A stretch of DNA of 64,000 nucleotides, from the NCBI GenBank assembly GCA_963705165.1, contig CAVPJD010000009.1, positions 83,088 to 147,087 of the forward strand. The letters run 5' to 3'. Numbering within the stretch: position 1 is the stretch's first letter; each line of letters opens with the position of its first letter. The stretch is from an uncultured delta proteobacterium. GTDB lineage: Bacteria > Desulfobacterota > Syntrophia > Syntrophales > UBA2192. Made by a program: the position numbers and the translations under genes. Of the stretch, positions 23,613 through 35,685 are shown piece by piece. The notes below the pieces were generated by a model. It was given only the letters and a program-made list of their open reading frames with translations, did no database searches and had not been told where the DNA came from.

Positions 23613-24836
23613 TCATAGTTGACTGTACGGCCAGGCGGTGATGCCCGATCCAAGGGGAAGCTTGACCTCGCCCGGGTGAACCACGTAGCCGGGCAATGCC
23701 CTGCCGTCAAAGTCTTTCTGAAATGTTTTGATCGATGTAGCCATCGCAGGCCGCGGTGTGGAGGAAAGCTTCACTTCAATCGGAACGAGCTTTGCGCCGG
23801 TTTCAATGACGAAATCCACTTCCGTTCCCGTGGATGTCCGCCAGAAATAAACCTGCGGATCGATACCCCGATGGGTGAGCGACTTGACGATTTCCGACAG
23901 AACCGCCGTTTCCATGATTGCACCCGCCAGAGGGCTGGCGGCGGCGTGCTCGGGGTCTCTCAGGCCCGTGAGATAACAAAGCATTCCCACGTCCGTGAAG
24001 TAGGCCTTCGGTGTCTTGACGAGCCGCTTGTTGAGATTGGCAAAATACGGGCGGATCACCATGACCTGATAGGTGGCCTCCAGCACGGAAAGCCAGGCCT
24101 TGGCTGTGTTGACGGCCACTCCAAGGTCCCTGGCCAAGTCGGTGAGATTCAACAGCTGGGCGCTGCGGGCGGCCAGCGCCCGAAGGAAGCTCTGGAACTG
24201 AGAGAGATCGCCGACCTGGCGGATGGTCCGCACATCCCGTTCAAGGTATGTCTGGACATAGCCGGCATGCCACAGATTGACGTCGCGGCAGGGATTTGCA
24301 ATCAATTCCGAGAATCCGCCTTGCAGAAACCCTTTCCAGAGATTCCGGCGTGAGACCGCTGCCGTTGGTGCATCCCGGTATTCCGGCTCCCACGGCAGGG
24401 GGGCCTGAGGCCGGCCGGCCACCTCCCGGTGCGAAAGCGGCAGAAGCCGAAGTATGGCGGCACGGCCTGCCAGCGTCTCGGTGACCTTCTCCATGAGTAG
24501 AATATTCTGGGAGCCTATCAGCAGGTACTGCCCGGGGCTGTCCCGATGGTGGTCGATCATTTCCTTGATGTACGGGAGAATTTCCGGGACGTACTGCACC
24601 TCATCGAAGATAACGGGCGGCGGGTGCATCTCCAGGAAACCTCTTGGATCTTCCATCGCAGCCGCCCTGATATCGAGCGGTTCCATGGATACATAATGGA
24701 ACTTCGCGTTGAAGAGATGCTTGAGAAGCGTCGTTTTACCGGACTGGCGCGGACCGGTGAGCACCACTGCCGGGAATTCCTCGGCAGCCCTTTTCAGGAC
24801 CGGTTCCAGCGATCTCTTGATGTACTTAGCGGGCAT
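23613..24836 (-). CDS. AAA+ ATPase, COG1373 type (AAA_14 + DUF4143, C-terminal nuclease-like EVDF...EVK)
   Basis: GPRQSGKTT, IFDEVQ, YLERDVR, KTPKAYFTDVG and FWRTSTGTEVDF...PIEVK motifs. Confidence 0.92.
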   Translation of the reverse strand: MPAKYIKRSLEPVLKRAAEEFPAVVLTGPRQSGKTTLLKHLFNAKFHYVSMEPLDIRAAAMEDPRGFLEMHPPPVIFDEVQYVPEILPYIKEMIDHHRDSPGQYLLIGSQNILLMEKVTETLAGRAAILRLLPLSHREVAGRPQAPLPWEPEYRDAPTAAVSRRNLWKGFLQGGFSELIANPCRDVNLWHAGYVQTYLERDVRTIRQVGDLSQFQSFLRALAARSAQLLNLTDLARDLGVAVNTAKAWLSVLEATYQVMVIRPYFANLNKRLVKTPKAYFTDVGMLCYLTGLRDPEHAAASPLAGAIMETAVLSEIVKSLTHRGIDPQVYFWRTSTGTEVDFVIETGAKLVPIEVKLSSTPRPAMATSIKTFQKDFDGRALPGYVVHPGEVKLPLGSGITAWPYSQL

Positions 24837-24846
24837 GAGAGCCTTC

Positions 24847-24889
24847 ATTTCTTGCAATCATGCATTTGAAATGCATGATTGCAAGAAAT
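24847..24889. promoter_or_regulatory. Perfect 43-bp palindrome directly upstream of the AAA ATPase start
   Basis: ATTTCTTGCAATCATGCATTT-G-AAATGCATGATTGCAAGAAAT. Confidence 0.8.
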
Positions 24890-25074
24890 ATTTTCTCTCC
24901 GGCACAGATGTCCTCGCCGGACCGAGGCAGAAAATAAAAACGGGGCCTCTGGAAGAAGGCCCCTGGACTTTTCCGGACATGAATAACTTCTTGTAATGAC
25001 TCGGAAATACTCTGCACAATATGGCAGGTGACCGATTAGGTGGCGCCACATATCAAACTAGCTAATGAATTTAA

Positions 25075-25189
25075 ATAGACCGAACAGACGGAATAGACTG
25101 AATAGACCAGAGAGCCGCTCCGCGGCATTGCCTTGTGGCTTGCGGCTTGTGGCTCTTACCCTAGTATGTCAATATGAAAGTCTAACCCC
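25075..25189 (+). repeat. Composite repeat module A (9-mer AATAGAC array, GCGGC, 7-mer TTGTGGC array, GTCTAACCCC end)
   Basis: 37 bp at 25075-25111 is identical to 26014-26050. Confidence 0.8.
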
Positions 25190-25430
25190 GATCCTCACAC
25201 AGATAGCCCACGTCGGTTCTGCACGCGGGATCTTTGCCTGAAATGCCGTTCACCTACAAGGTCCCTGCAGTTGGCCGAGTGAAATCGAGCAACATCTTGA
25301 CGATGGTTGTCTTGCCAGCACCGTTGGGACCCAGCAGGGCGAAATATTCGCCTTTCGCGACGGAGAAGGAAATCTGGTCAACAGCCGTAAGAGAACCGTA
25401 TCGCTTAGTAACTGCTTGTAATTCAATCAT
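25182..25430 (-). pseudogene. N-terminal fragment of an ABC transporter ATPase
   Basis: MIELQAVTKRYG...LLGPNGAGKTT...TL*VNG...DVGYLCEDRG*; internal TAG; ends at the GGGGTTAGAC motif. Confidence 0.8.
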
Positions 25431-25842
25431 GGCTCTCCGTCTCTCGTCTCATTTGAGACTGTTTTTCCTTTATCGTTTTTTGTAGGCGAGCCGTATCAAA
25501 ATATACCTCATTACGTATGATTTTATCATTCGATATTTCAACAATATCCAAGCCATAATCAACAATTATGTCGTTATTAATAGGAAGGGACACCTTCCAT
25601 TTCAATGTGAATCCATTTTCTGTTGGGAATATTTCAACACACTCATATTTCCAGTTGGGATAAAAACTTATAAAATTGCTAAAATATGTTAATATTTGCT
25701 TTTTCCCTTTTAGACCTTGAGGAATGAAAGGATCTGAATAGAAAGCATCATCTGAATAAAATGATATCAGCAATTCAGGTTTGTTACCCGTCCAAGCAGG
25801 CAACCATCGATTACAAAAATCTTTTGCTTTTTCCAATTCCAT
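25423..25842 (-). CDS. SnoaL/NTF2-like protein, AT-rich
   Basis: WLPAWTGN...FYSDDAFYSDP...GLDIVE...IIRNEVYFD; AAGGAG RBS. Confidence 0.85.
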   Translation of the reverse strand: MELEKAKDFCNRWLPAWTGNKPELLISFYSDDAFYSDPFIPQGLKGKKQILTYFSNFISFYPNWKYECVEIFPTENGFTLKWKVSLPINNDIIVDYGLDIVEISNDKIIRNEVYFDTARLQKTIKEKQSQMRRETESHD

Positions 25843-26013
25843 AATCTTCTCCTTACATAAGTACGCGAAAGTAATTCATGCTGCCGCTAACAATTACGTT
25901 GGAATATTGCATAACCTCAACGAATCTAAAAAACACACTTTCAGTGCGCCTCTTATCTTCCTGAAGCCTGATTCCCGACTCCCGAAGCCCTCTTTTCGTC
26001 ACTCCGCGACTGG

Positions 26014-26143
26014 ATAGACCGAACAGACGGAATAGACTGAATAGACCAGATGCGGCCTTGCCACTTTGCCACCCTGCCACTTCTTTACTGGTCACTGTGG
26101 CGTCAATCCTGTTCACTTTTGTCACGGATAAAGATCTGACCCC
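26014..26143 (+). repeat. Composite repeat module B (9-mer array, GCGGC, 8-mer TGCCAC array, GGATAAAGATCTGACCCC end)
   Basis: Direct inspection; the 18-mer end is matched at 17/18 positions, inverted, at 29482-29499. Confidence 0.8.
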
Positions 26144-26342
26144 TATTTCCCCTCTGATGATTGACGATTGTAATCGACTATGCGAGGTTAAATCCCTTCT
26201 CTGCGCATTTCAGGAAGGAAGTTGCTACCCGACCGAAAATGACCTCGAAAAATTCCGTTCTGCGCACGACAAGGCCGCAACATTCAGTTGGGAATTGAAC
26301 TGAGGTTTACCGCTTGAACTGTAGACACCAATAACGCTGTCT

Positions 26343-27266
26343 TTATCTTTTCTCATTCAAGAAACTCATGTAGGCCTTTGCGGTTTCTTCGGGCTTCTCA
26401 ATCATGGGGCAATGGCCCGTGTCCTCATGATAACCGTCCTGAAATTCTTCAGATTCTTTTCCAGGAACACAACGCTCCCTACGTCCAGCATCTTGTCCTG
26501 ATCCCCCCACAGGATCCGGACAGGCGCCTGAATCTGGGGCAGGACGGACGCCAGGGAAAACTGGAACAGGTTGGTATCGTTCCATATTTTCCTGTTGAAC
26601 TCCATGTGGGCGATCCAATCCGCGACCAGGATTTTCTTGAAGGCTGGAGGGAAGGGGGGCATCTTCTCGTAAACCAGGGCCAGCAGCTTATCGACATCTT
26701 CGGGGTTGCCGGCCAGCAGCAGATTGTTGCCCTTCTCCAGTTGCAGGACGAACTCGCTTTTGTTTTCAACGGCGCTCCGGCCATATCCAACAGGGCAAGA
26801 GTCAGGACCTTCCCGGGGTGTTTTGCCCCGTAGGTGGCCGCGTATGCGCCGCCCATTGAATTGCCTGCCATGTGGAATTTGTCGAGCTTGAGCACCTCCA
26901 CAAACCGGTCGATGCGCCCAACCTGGCTCTCGACACCGTAATGTTCCGTCGGCACCTGCGAGCTTTCACCGAAGCCGGGCACATCGGGGATAACAAGGTG
27001 GTATCCCTTCAAGTACCTGGCGAAGGCGGTCCATTGGTCCTTGTAGCCGCCGAATCCATGAAGGAGCACGACGGTTTCCCCTGTTCCTCCTTCCAGGTAA
27101 ACGATCCGGTGATTGTCGACCATGATGCATTCTTGACCAGATCGGCGGAGCGTCTCTGGGCATCGATCGCCAGTTTGAACACCGTTTCCGGGAAAAGGAA
27201 GTAAAATGCCACACAGACAACAATGGCAACAACGACGATCAGTCCGTACTTTACGATTTTTTTCAT
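26343..27266 (-). CDS. Alpha/beta hydrolase (lipase-like) with N-terminal membrane anchor, multiply frameshifted
   Basis: LLHGFGG, PDVPGFGES, GNSMGG nucleophile elbow, WGDQD and GHCPMIEKP spread over several frames. Confidence 0.85.
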
Positions 27267-27528
27267 TTTATTCCCTCCGGACATCGGACTTTTGGGCTTT
27301 CCGAAGGTTAGAGGTGGGTGTTTTGATTAACTGGGCTACAGAAGTGACATTTACAGAATGTTGATTTAGAAATACTCCTAAACTCATGGGTGGTCAAGAA
27401 GATAAAGGGTAATGGAGTATGGACTCCTCTCCAAATCATATAGGAGATTTGCATTTGTAATCAGGCATTCCTCGTGAATATCCAAAAAACAAGACTCAGG
27501 AAGAAAGCGATACCACTGCAAAGCAGCC

Positions 27529-27798
27529 CGACGGAACAGACCGAATAGTTCTTCTCCCACGACCAAATAGACAAAATAGACTAGATAGACGGAATAGACT
27601 AGAGAGTTGCCCCGCGGCCCGCTTGTTGCTTGTTGCTTCGCAAAATGCAAGTGTTCCGACCCGTCTTATACACGGCTCACGAAAGTAAAAATGTAAAGTA
27701 CGTCCCCAATCTCCCAATCTCCGCCGACCAAATAGACAAAATAGACTAGATGACGAAACAGACCAGAGAACTGCGAAGCGGCCTCAAGACCTGATTCC
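27529..27798 (+). repeat. Tandem composite repeat modules C1/C2
   Basis: CGACCAAATAGACAAAATAGACTAGAT is identical at 27560-27586 and 27725-27751; TTGTTGC repeats; ends GTACGTCCCC (to 27706) and CAAGACCTGATTCC (27785-27798). Confidence 0.8.
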
Positions 27799-27825
27799 AT
27801 CTCTCTCCCATATCAGAAGGATGGT

Positions 27826-28499
27826 TTAGAATCCCAGCCAGCGAGTATTCTTGTCGAGAGATTCACGACCGTTCACCAGGGCATTCGCGGGAAAGTCCCA
27901 GTCCGGATATCCGATGGCAATGGCAATGATGATCTTCTTGTTATCCGGTATTTGTGCGATTTCCCGTACGGCTTCGGGATACAACACCCCCTGGTCTTCA
28001 ATGCAGGTGCCAAGCCCAAAGTGGAGTGCCGCCAGGCAAATATTCTGCATGGCCGCCCCGAGATCGAGCAGAGGCCCGCAATCGCTCAGGGATTTATCTG
28101 TCAGAAGAAGGATTGCGACCGGAGCGTCAAAGAAACGGAAACCCCGTTCCAGCCAGGCTGCTCTTTTCTTTTTGTCGTCCCTGGGGATATTCATAAGCTC
28201 AAAGAGTTCTTTGGCCAGTTCGATCTGTCGATTCCGGTATATGCTCTCGTTCGACCAGCTGACCGCTTCGTGCTCAGGATGCGCCGCCTCTTTCTTGTTT
28301 AATTTCTCAACGATGGCAGTCCGCAGCCTGTTCAGAACATCACCCGTCAAGACAAGAAATTCCCATGGTTGCGTATTCATTGCCGATGGGCGCCCTGCAG
28401 GCCGATTCCAGAATTTTGGTCAACATGTCCTTTGAAACAGGGTCGGATTTGAATCCTCTGATGCTTTTTTCTTTTGTTTATCGCATCAATAATGTTCAT
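27826..28499 (-). CDS. Nitroreductase family protein, frameshifted in its 5' part
   Basis: MNIIDAINK..SIRGFKSDPV, PSAMNTQPWEF, FFDAPVAI, DLGAAMQNICLAA and IAIGYPD; AAGGAG RBS. Confidence 0.88.
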
Positions 28500-28713
28500 A
28501 CTGTTTCTCCTTTAGCTATGCGGCTTGCGGCCAATGATAACCCTTTCCTTAATCTCTCCTTCGCCCGCCGAGGAAGGCGGTGTCGTGAGCAGCCATGGCG
28601 AGCTGCCATGGTTGAGCCGTGTCGAAAAACCCACGAACCAGAGGAAACGGGATCAGAGGTGAGGGGGAATTGCCCTTCCACTTCTCCTCTCACTCTTGCC
28701 ACTCTTGCCACTA

Positions 28714-28747
<34 letters not shown>

Positions 28748-28786
28748 CCCTCCTCTCACAACTTCCACCCCGCGGTCCAAATAGGT

Positions 28787-29481
28787 TCAATATGCAAGTC
28801 TATTCTTCACACTACTTACCGTAACATTGACGGTGAGCGTTTGGCCGGAAGCCTCGACGATTTTAATTGCTGCACTTCCTGTTTGCTGGGCGCTAACCGC
28901 ATATTGCTTGGCGCCGGTGGGTGAAATTCCCTGATATTGAACTTTGACGCAGTTATTGGATGCTGTAATCGTGAACGGCTCCTTCCCCCCATACAGACAG
29001 AATGCGTATTTTCCCCTTTATGTCGCTTAATATCAAATTGCTGTCCGTTATCACCGCCTGAAGTTTTGCGACTGCAGGCACGGGCCTTTCTTTGACGCGG
29101 ATATAGGTAAATGTGGCCGTATTGCGGCTGTCCCGCACAGTAATATTGGCCAGACCGGGTTTATTGGCCGTGATGCGGCAGTTATTCTTGTCAACCTTGG
29201 TAATCGTTACGGCATTCTTGTTATGTTCCGTCACGGTATACGGCGGCGCACCGGCTGTCATATTCAGGGTGGCTGTTCCGCCGACATAAATTTCGCTAGC
29301 GGACAGCTTCAATTGCGGGCGTTGGTTCTCATTCGGTATGACCGTCACCTGCGCATTACCGCCCTTGCCCTGGCCGTTTTTACTTGCACCATAACCTTGC
29401 TGCCGAGACTGGACGAGACGCCTTTGAAGACAAAGGTATCCGCAGCGCCGGTACCGGTGACGGCAAGATTGGTGGAAACTT
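28787..29481 (-). pseudogene. N-truncated, frameshifted fragment of an Ig-like repeat surface protein
   Basis: Beta-rich repeats (GAPPYTV...KPGLANITVRDS; QTGSAAIKIVEASGQTLTVNVTV); the coding-like frame starts right at the TTTGACCCC motif with no RBS or signal peptide. Confidence 0.6.
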
Positions 29482-29609
29482 GGGGTCAAATCTTTATCCT
29501 TGAATATTAAAAGTACACGATGTTGAAGTTATTCAAACAAAAAAGCCCGACCAGAAGCTTACATCTCCCGAGTCGGGCTTTATGATCCCGCAAAAATTTC
29601 ATTGTCCCC
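29482..29609. mobile_element. 128-bp MITE/REP-like element with GGGGWCAA inverted ends and an internal hairpin
   Basis: Starts GGGGTCAAATCT and ends TTCATTGTCCCC; internal AAAGCCCGAC...GTCGGGCTTT. Confidence 0.5.
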
Positions 29610-29697
29610 TCTGGTCTTTCTAGTCTGTCTAGTCTATTCGGTCTATCCAGTCTGTCTGGTCTATTTAGTTTGTTCGTTGATTTCGTTTGTTTCGTCG
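29610..29697 (-). repeat. 9-mer AATAGAC-type array in reverse orientation
   Basis: Reverse complement reads ...AAATAGACC AGACAGACT GGATAGACC GAATAGACT AGACAGACT AGAAAGACC AGA. Confidence 0.8.
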
Positions 29698-29823
29698 AGA
29701 GAAGGCAAGTATTGTCTGTGTAAATAAGCTTGCCCGTACGGGCGGTTAGATGAATGTCTTGACAGGCGCGAGCTGTAAATGCTAAATGCTGCCTCCTGGT
29801 ATTGTAGAAACATGAGAATGGAT

Positions 29824-29955
29824 ATGCGCAAACACCTGGTCATCATATCGGCTGTTTTATTTTTCTTCGTGTCGCTGGCTCTTGCCCTGCATCACGACGA
29901 TGCCCCCTTTCAGACAGTCACTTGTTCCATCTGCAAGGTGAAGAACTCGTCTTCG
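29824..29955 (+). CDS. N-terminus of a small exported HH..CxxC protein (DUF2946-like), cut at the junction
   Basis: MRKHLVIISAVLFFFVSLALALHHDDAPFQTVTCSICKVKNSSS. Confidence 0.5.
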
Positions 29956-30831
29956 CGCGAACAGGACTGGCCGGGCGAGGTCGAGCAACTGACGGGCGAC
30001 CGCAACACCGGCACGCTCGACGCGTTGAAGAACCGCGCGTGGGACGTCTGCATCGACAACCCGACCACGCTGCCGTTCTGGGTGCGCGACGCCGGCCAGG
30101 TGCTCAAGGGCAAGGTCGGCCAGTACGTCTTCATCTCCACGCTGTCGGTCTATGCCGAGGAGAAAGAGGTGGGGGCCGACGAGACGGCGCCGGTGGCCCA
30201 GTACCAAGGGGGCCGACCCGATGAAGGAGTCCCAGGAGACGCTGCGCGGCGACGTCGGCAACCTGTACGGCCCGCTGAAGGCCCTGTCGGAGAAGGAAGC
30301 CGAGCGGTGGTTCCCGGGCATCACGACCGTCATCCGCCCCACGCTCATCGTCGGACCCGGTGACGATTCGGACAGGTTCACCTACTGGCCCGTTCGCCTC
30401 AACCGCGGGGGCGACGTGCTCGCGCCGGGGGACGGCAGCGATCCGGTTCAGTACATCGACGCGCGCGACCTCGCCCAGTGGACCATCCGCATGGTCGAGT
30501 CCAGGACGCTGGGCACCTTCAACGCCGCGGGCCCCGACTTCGAGCTGACGATGATGGAGATGCTCTACGGCATCCGCGCGGCGACGACCGTGGCGTCGAA
30601 GCTCCACTGGGTGCCGACCAGTTTCCTGCGCGAGCAGAAGGTGCAGGCCTGGTCGGACATGCCCGGCGTGGGTGCCGTCGGAGCCCGACACGCGCGGGTT
30701 CAGTACGCGGAGCGTCAAGCGCGCCGTGGCGGCCGGGCTCACGTATCGGCCGCTCGCCCAGACGGCACTGGACACGCTGGCCTGGTGGAAGACGCTGCCC
30801 GCCGAGCGGCAGGCCGCCTTGCGCGCGGGCA

Positions 30832-32271
<1,440 letters not shown>

Positions 32272-32311
32272 GGCGGGTACTCATCCCACACGTGAATGGG
32301 CCAACGACCAA

Positions 32312-33942
32312 TCAGCGGGTGGCGCCGAGACCGGCCATCAACGCCACGAGTGCCGGGGAAGGGTCGGGCCCCGTGCCCAGCGCGTGGTGCTCGCACGCCT
32401 CGTGAACCTTCATCAACTCCGCGTAGCGCGCCACGTTGGCCGCGTCTGGCACGACGCGACTGAGCGCTCGCCGGACGACGAAGCCGTCGACGACCCCGGC
32501 CCAGTCCGCCGGCTCGCTGCGGTCCACGAGGTCCGCGTGATACGCCCGCAGCGCCGCCCCGAGCGACGCGGAATCGCCCACCTCGAGCTGGTGGACGTCC
32601 GCGCCGAAGACGTCGGCCATCACGCTGCAGCATGCCTCGATTCACCGCGGCGCCGCCGGTGGCGTGGATGGTGTCCACGCGCACGCCCATCCAGCGGCAG
32701 TGCCGAGCCATCGCCATCATCTGCGCCTCGACGAGGGCGCGCACGTTGGCCGGGCCGTCGGTGTCGTGGAGGCCGTAGCGGCGGACGCCGGCGCGAGCAC
32801 GCTCGGCGTGATCTCCGGCTTCGAACCACGGCAGCATGATGCGCCGCCGTTCCGGCGCGGGTTGCGTGCCGCAGCGCCCGGAGAATCCCGCCCAGTCGAG
32901 CCCGAATGCCTGCCGGACACGCTCGCGGGCCAGCGAGCCGTTCTTGAAGCAGATGAGGCCCATGTAGTCGCCGGTCGGCGAGCCGAACACGTGCCCCGTT
33001 CCGGACGGGTCCATGCGGGCCTCGGGCATGAAGCCGAAGACCGTGTCGCTCGTGCCGAGCGAGACGGCGATGCGCCCTCGCGAAGGAGACCGACGCCGAC
33101 GAGGCTGCACGGGTTGTCGCCGGACCACGCGATCACCTTGGCCGGAGGAAGCCCGTATCGCGCGTCCAGTAGGGCGCGAGCGTGCCGACCACCGCCCGAG
33201 GGCGCCCGAATCGGCGGCAGCCTGCCGGCAAGGTCCGGGCCGTCGCTCGCAGCGCCGCCGGCGCCCACTGCCTCGCCGATGTCCATCAGGTTCATGCCCG
33301 AGCCGTCGCCCGGCTCGATCGGCGCGTGGCCCCCGGCAAGCAGCGAGGCAAGAAACGAACTCACGAGGTGGATGCGCTCGGTGCGCGCGTAGCCGTCCGG
33401 GTCGGTGCGTGCGAACTTGCGGATCTGCGGCCCGGTGAAGCGCTCGAACGCCCGCGATCCGGTGAGCCGCGCGAGCGCGGCGTCGCCGCCCACGGCCGCG
33501 CTCGATGGCCCGGCAGTCCGCGGTGGTGCTGGAGTCCATCCAGATGGGCGAGCACCTCGCGCGAGAACAGGCCACGGAGCTGGACGGCCAGCGGTCGTGC
33601 GGGATCGAGGCGCGCGAGGGCGTCGCCGGCACCACGCGCCAGGTAGACGCTGCCGTGCTGCTGCGCCGGAGCCCGAGATCGCCTGAAGGCCGGACAGGTC
33701 GATGCCGCTGTCCTTCAGCCCGGCATCATGGCATCCAGCGCGTCGGCCCACATGGCCGGCGGCGCCACGGCCACGAGGGGATCGGCACCCGGCGACACGC
33801 CGTGCCGCGTACCGTAAGCGGGCAGGGCGTCGTCGAAGCGCAGTGAGTGCCGGAAGACGACCTGGCGGCGGGGCCCATCAATCTCGATGAGCGTGGCCGT
33901 CAGGCTCTGCGTGCTGGAGTCGAAGCCGAGATAGGTGGGCAT
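32312..33942 (-). CDS. FGGY carbohydrate kinase, XKS1/XYLB-type xylulokinase, frameshifted
   Basis: [60 protein letters not shown] and [10 protein letters not shown] motifs. Confidence 0.85.
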
Positions 33943-34004
33943 GGGGGGTCGTTCGCGGAGCGCGGTGGGGGTCACGCGTGGCGGGGGATCACCCAGCGTG
34001 CGGG

Positions 34005-35528
34005 TCACGGCGCGGGCCGGCCACCCAGCCGCGACACCAGCGGCAGCAACACGAGGCCTGCTGCCGCCGCCAGCGTCCGGTACGGCCACAGCATCGCCCC
34101 GCCCGCGTCGTACCAGACGGCGGGATCGACCGCAACGAACCGCGCGGTCATCTCGGGGTAGGGGATGAAGGGTGCCGGCCCGAGCAGCGGCTCGCCCCCG
34201 CCCAGCCGAAGTACCAGCGACACGCCGAAGGCGACCATCGACGCCCTTCGCGTGGCGCGCGGGTCGTAGAGTGCGGCGACCAGCTGCGGGAAGAGCAGCA
34301 CGAACACGAGGTCCGACGTGAAGTCCCACAGCGCCTGCACGCTCTGCGCGCGCAGCGCGAGCACCGCCGCGACCGCACCGACGACCAGCACGGCGAGCCG
34401 CACGGCGCGTGTCGTGCCCGCGGCGCCGAGCTCGCGTCCTCGCAGCGCCCGCAGGCCGTTCCAAATCGCCATCGACGCGGCCGAGAGCACCGACGCACTG
34501 AAGCTCGAGGTGACGGCGCCGACAATGGCGCTCAGGCCGAGCAGCGCGACCAGGGGCGGCGTGGCCTCACGCAACAACAGGGGCAAGGCCTGGGCCGGGG
34601 TCGCGGCGAGTTGCGTGAGCGCCGGCTCGGTCCACGGGTACACCGCCGCGGCCACTCCCAGGATCAGCGGCGGCACGACCAGGGCCATCGTCGCGAACCC
34701 GGCGACGATCGAGGTCCGCCGCGCATGCGCGGGAGACGAGCACGCCAGCACCCGTTGGAAATAGCAGTTCCATGGCACGCCGCCCAGCAACAGCATCACG
34801 CTGAGGTCCCACCACGCCGTCACAGCTGGCAGCGTCCAATGCGCGCCGCCGAGGGTGACGGGCGGACCGAGTCCGCCACGCTCGGCGAAGGTGGCGCGGT
34901 AGGCGCTCCACGTCGCGTCGAGCCCACCCGTGGCCGCGAGCACGAATGGCACGGCGAGGCACATCCCCACGCCGACCAGTGCGAGTTGCAGCACGTCGGC
35001 GTAGGTCACCGACCACAGTCCGCCCGCCATCGTGTAGGCGAGCACCGTCGCCGCCGCGACGAGCACCGCGACCTCGAACGGGACGCCGAGCAGCGCCGCA
35101 GAGCTGGCGCCGATGGCAACCAGCAGCTCGGCGCTCCAGAACAGCTCGCCCATCACCGCCGGCACCGCGAGCACGGCGGCCCACGATCCGCCAAAGCGTT
35201 CCGCCAGGGGATCGATGAGGGTCGTGTAGCCCCGCGCGCGCATCCGGCCGGCGAAGCACGCGCCGCCGATCACCAGGCTGAGGCCGAAGCACACGCCGCC
35301 CTGCCAGCCCGAGGCGGGGCTCGACCGGAACGCGCCTTCCGCCGTGCCGAGCAGGTAGCCGCCATCCACCCACGTCGCCGTCATGGTGAGGACGGCCAGC
35401 CAGACCGGCAGCGCGCGACCGCCCAGGATGAGGTCCGACCGCCGGGCGCGCTTGGCGCCCTGCCACCCGAGCAGCAGGAAGGCGGCGAGCATGGCGGCGA
35501 TGATGGCGGGCGCGGCGGCGGAGATCAC
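34005..35528 (-). CDS. Sodium:solute symporter, high-affinity choline transporter (SLC5A7)-like subfamily
   Basis: TMTATWVDGGYLLGTAE, GYTTLIDP, YTMAGGLWSVTYAD, LGGVPWNCYFQRVL and LFPQL motifs. Confidence 0.88.
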   Translation of the reverse strand: MISAAAPAIIAAMLAAFLLLGWQGAKRARRSDLILGGRALPVWLAVLTMTATWVDGGYLLGTAEGAFRSSPASGWQGGVCFGLSLVIGGACFAGRMRARGYTTLIDPLAERFGGSWAAVLAVPAVMGELFWSAELLVAIGASSAALLGVPFEVAVLVAAATVLAYTMAGGLWSVTYADVLQLALVGVGMCLAVPFVLAATGGLDATWSAYRATFAERGGLGPPVTLGGAHWTLPAVTAWWDLSVMLLLGGVPWNCYFQRVLACSSPAHARRTSIVAGFATMALVVPPLILGVAAAVYPWTEPALTQLAATPAQALPLLLREATPPLVALLGLSAIVGAVTSSFSASVLSAASMAIWNGLRALRGRELGAAGTTRAVRLAVLVVGAVAAVLALRAQSVQALWDFTSDLVFVLLFPQLVAALYDPRATRRASMVAFGVSLVLRLGGGEPLLGPAPFIPYPEMTARFVAVDPAVWYDAGGAMLWPYRTLAAAAGLVLLPLVSRLGGRPAP

Positions 35529-35685
35529 GGGGGAGGCCGGGATGGTGACCGGCGCAGCGTATCACCGTGCGGGCTGCGTATCCGTGCCGGTGCCGTGTCG
35601 TCGCGGCGCAGCGGGCTGGTCGGTCCAGCGTGCTGCTCGCTGGCCAGCCAAGGCGTGATAGCCTCCTGCCGCGAAGGAGCCGCGC

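Noticed and set aside
25883..25915. Integron attC site upstream of the SnoaL gene (GTTAGCGGC on the minus strand)
   Set aside because: Only a possible R' half-site is visible. No matching RYYYAAC at a suitable distance and no intI gene; at most a remnant.
25075..27766. CRISPR array
   Set aside because: The repeats are internally periodic 9-mers, spacing is irregular (165 bp to over 1.5 kb) and contains genes, and no cas genes are present.
29779..30363. Novel metal-binding/epimerase fusion protein
   Set aside because: It coincides with the compositional break and both halves are incomplete; interpreted as the chimeric junction.
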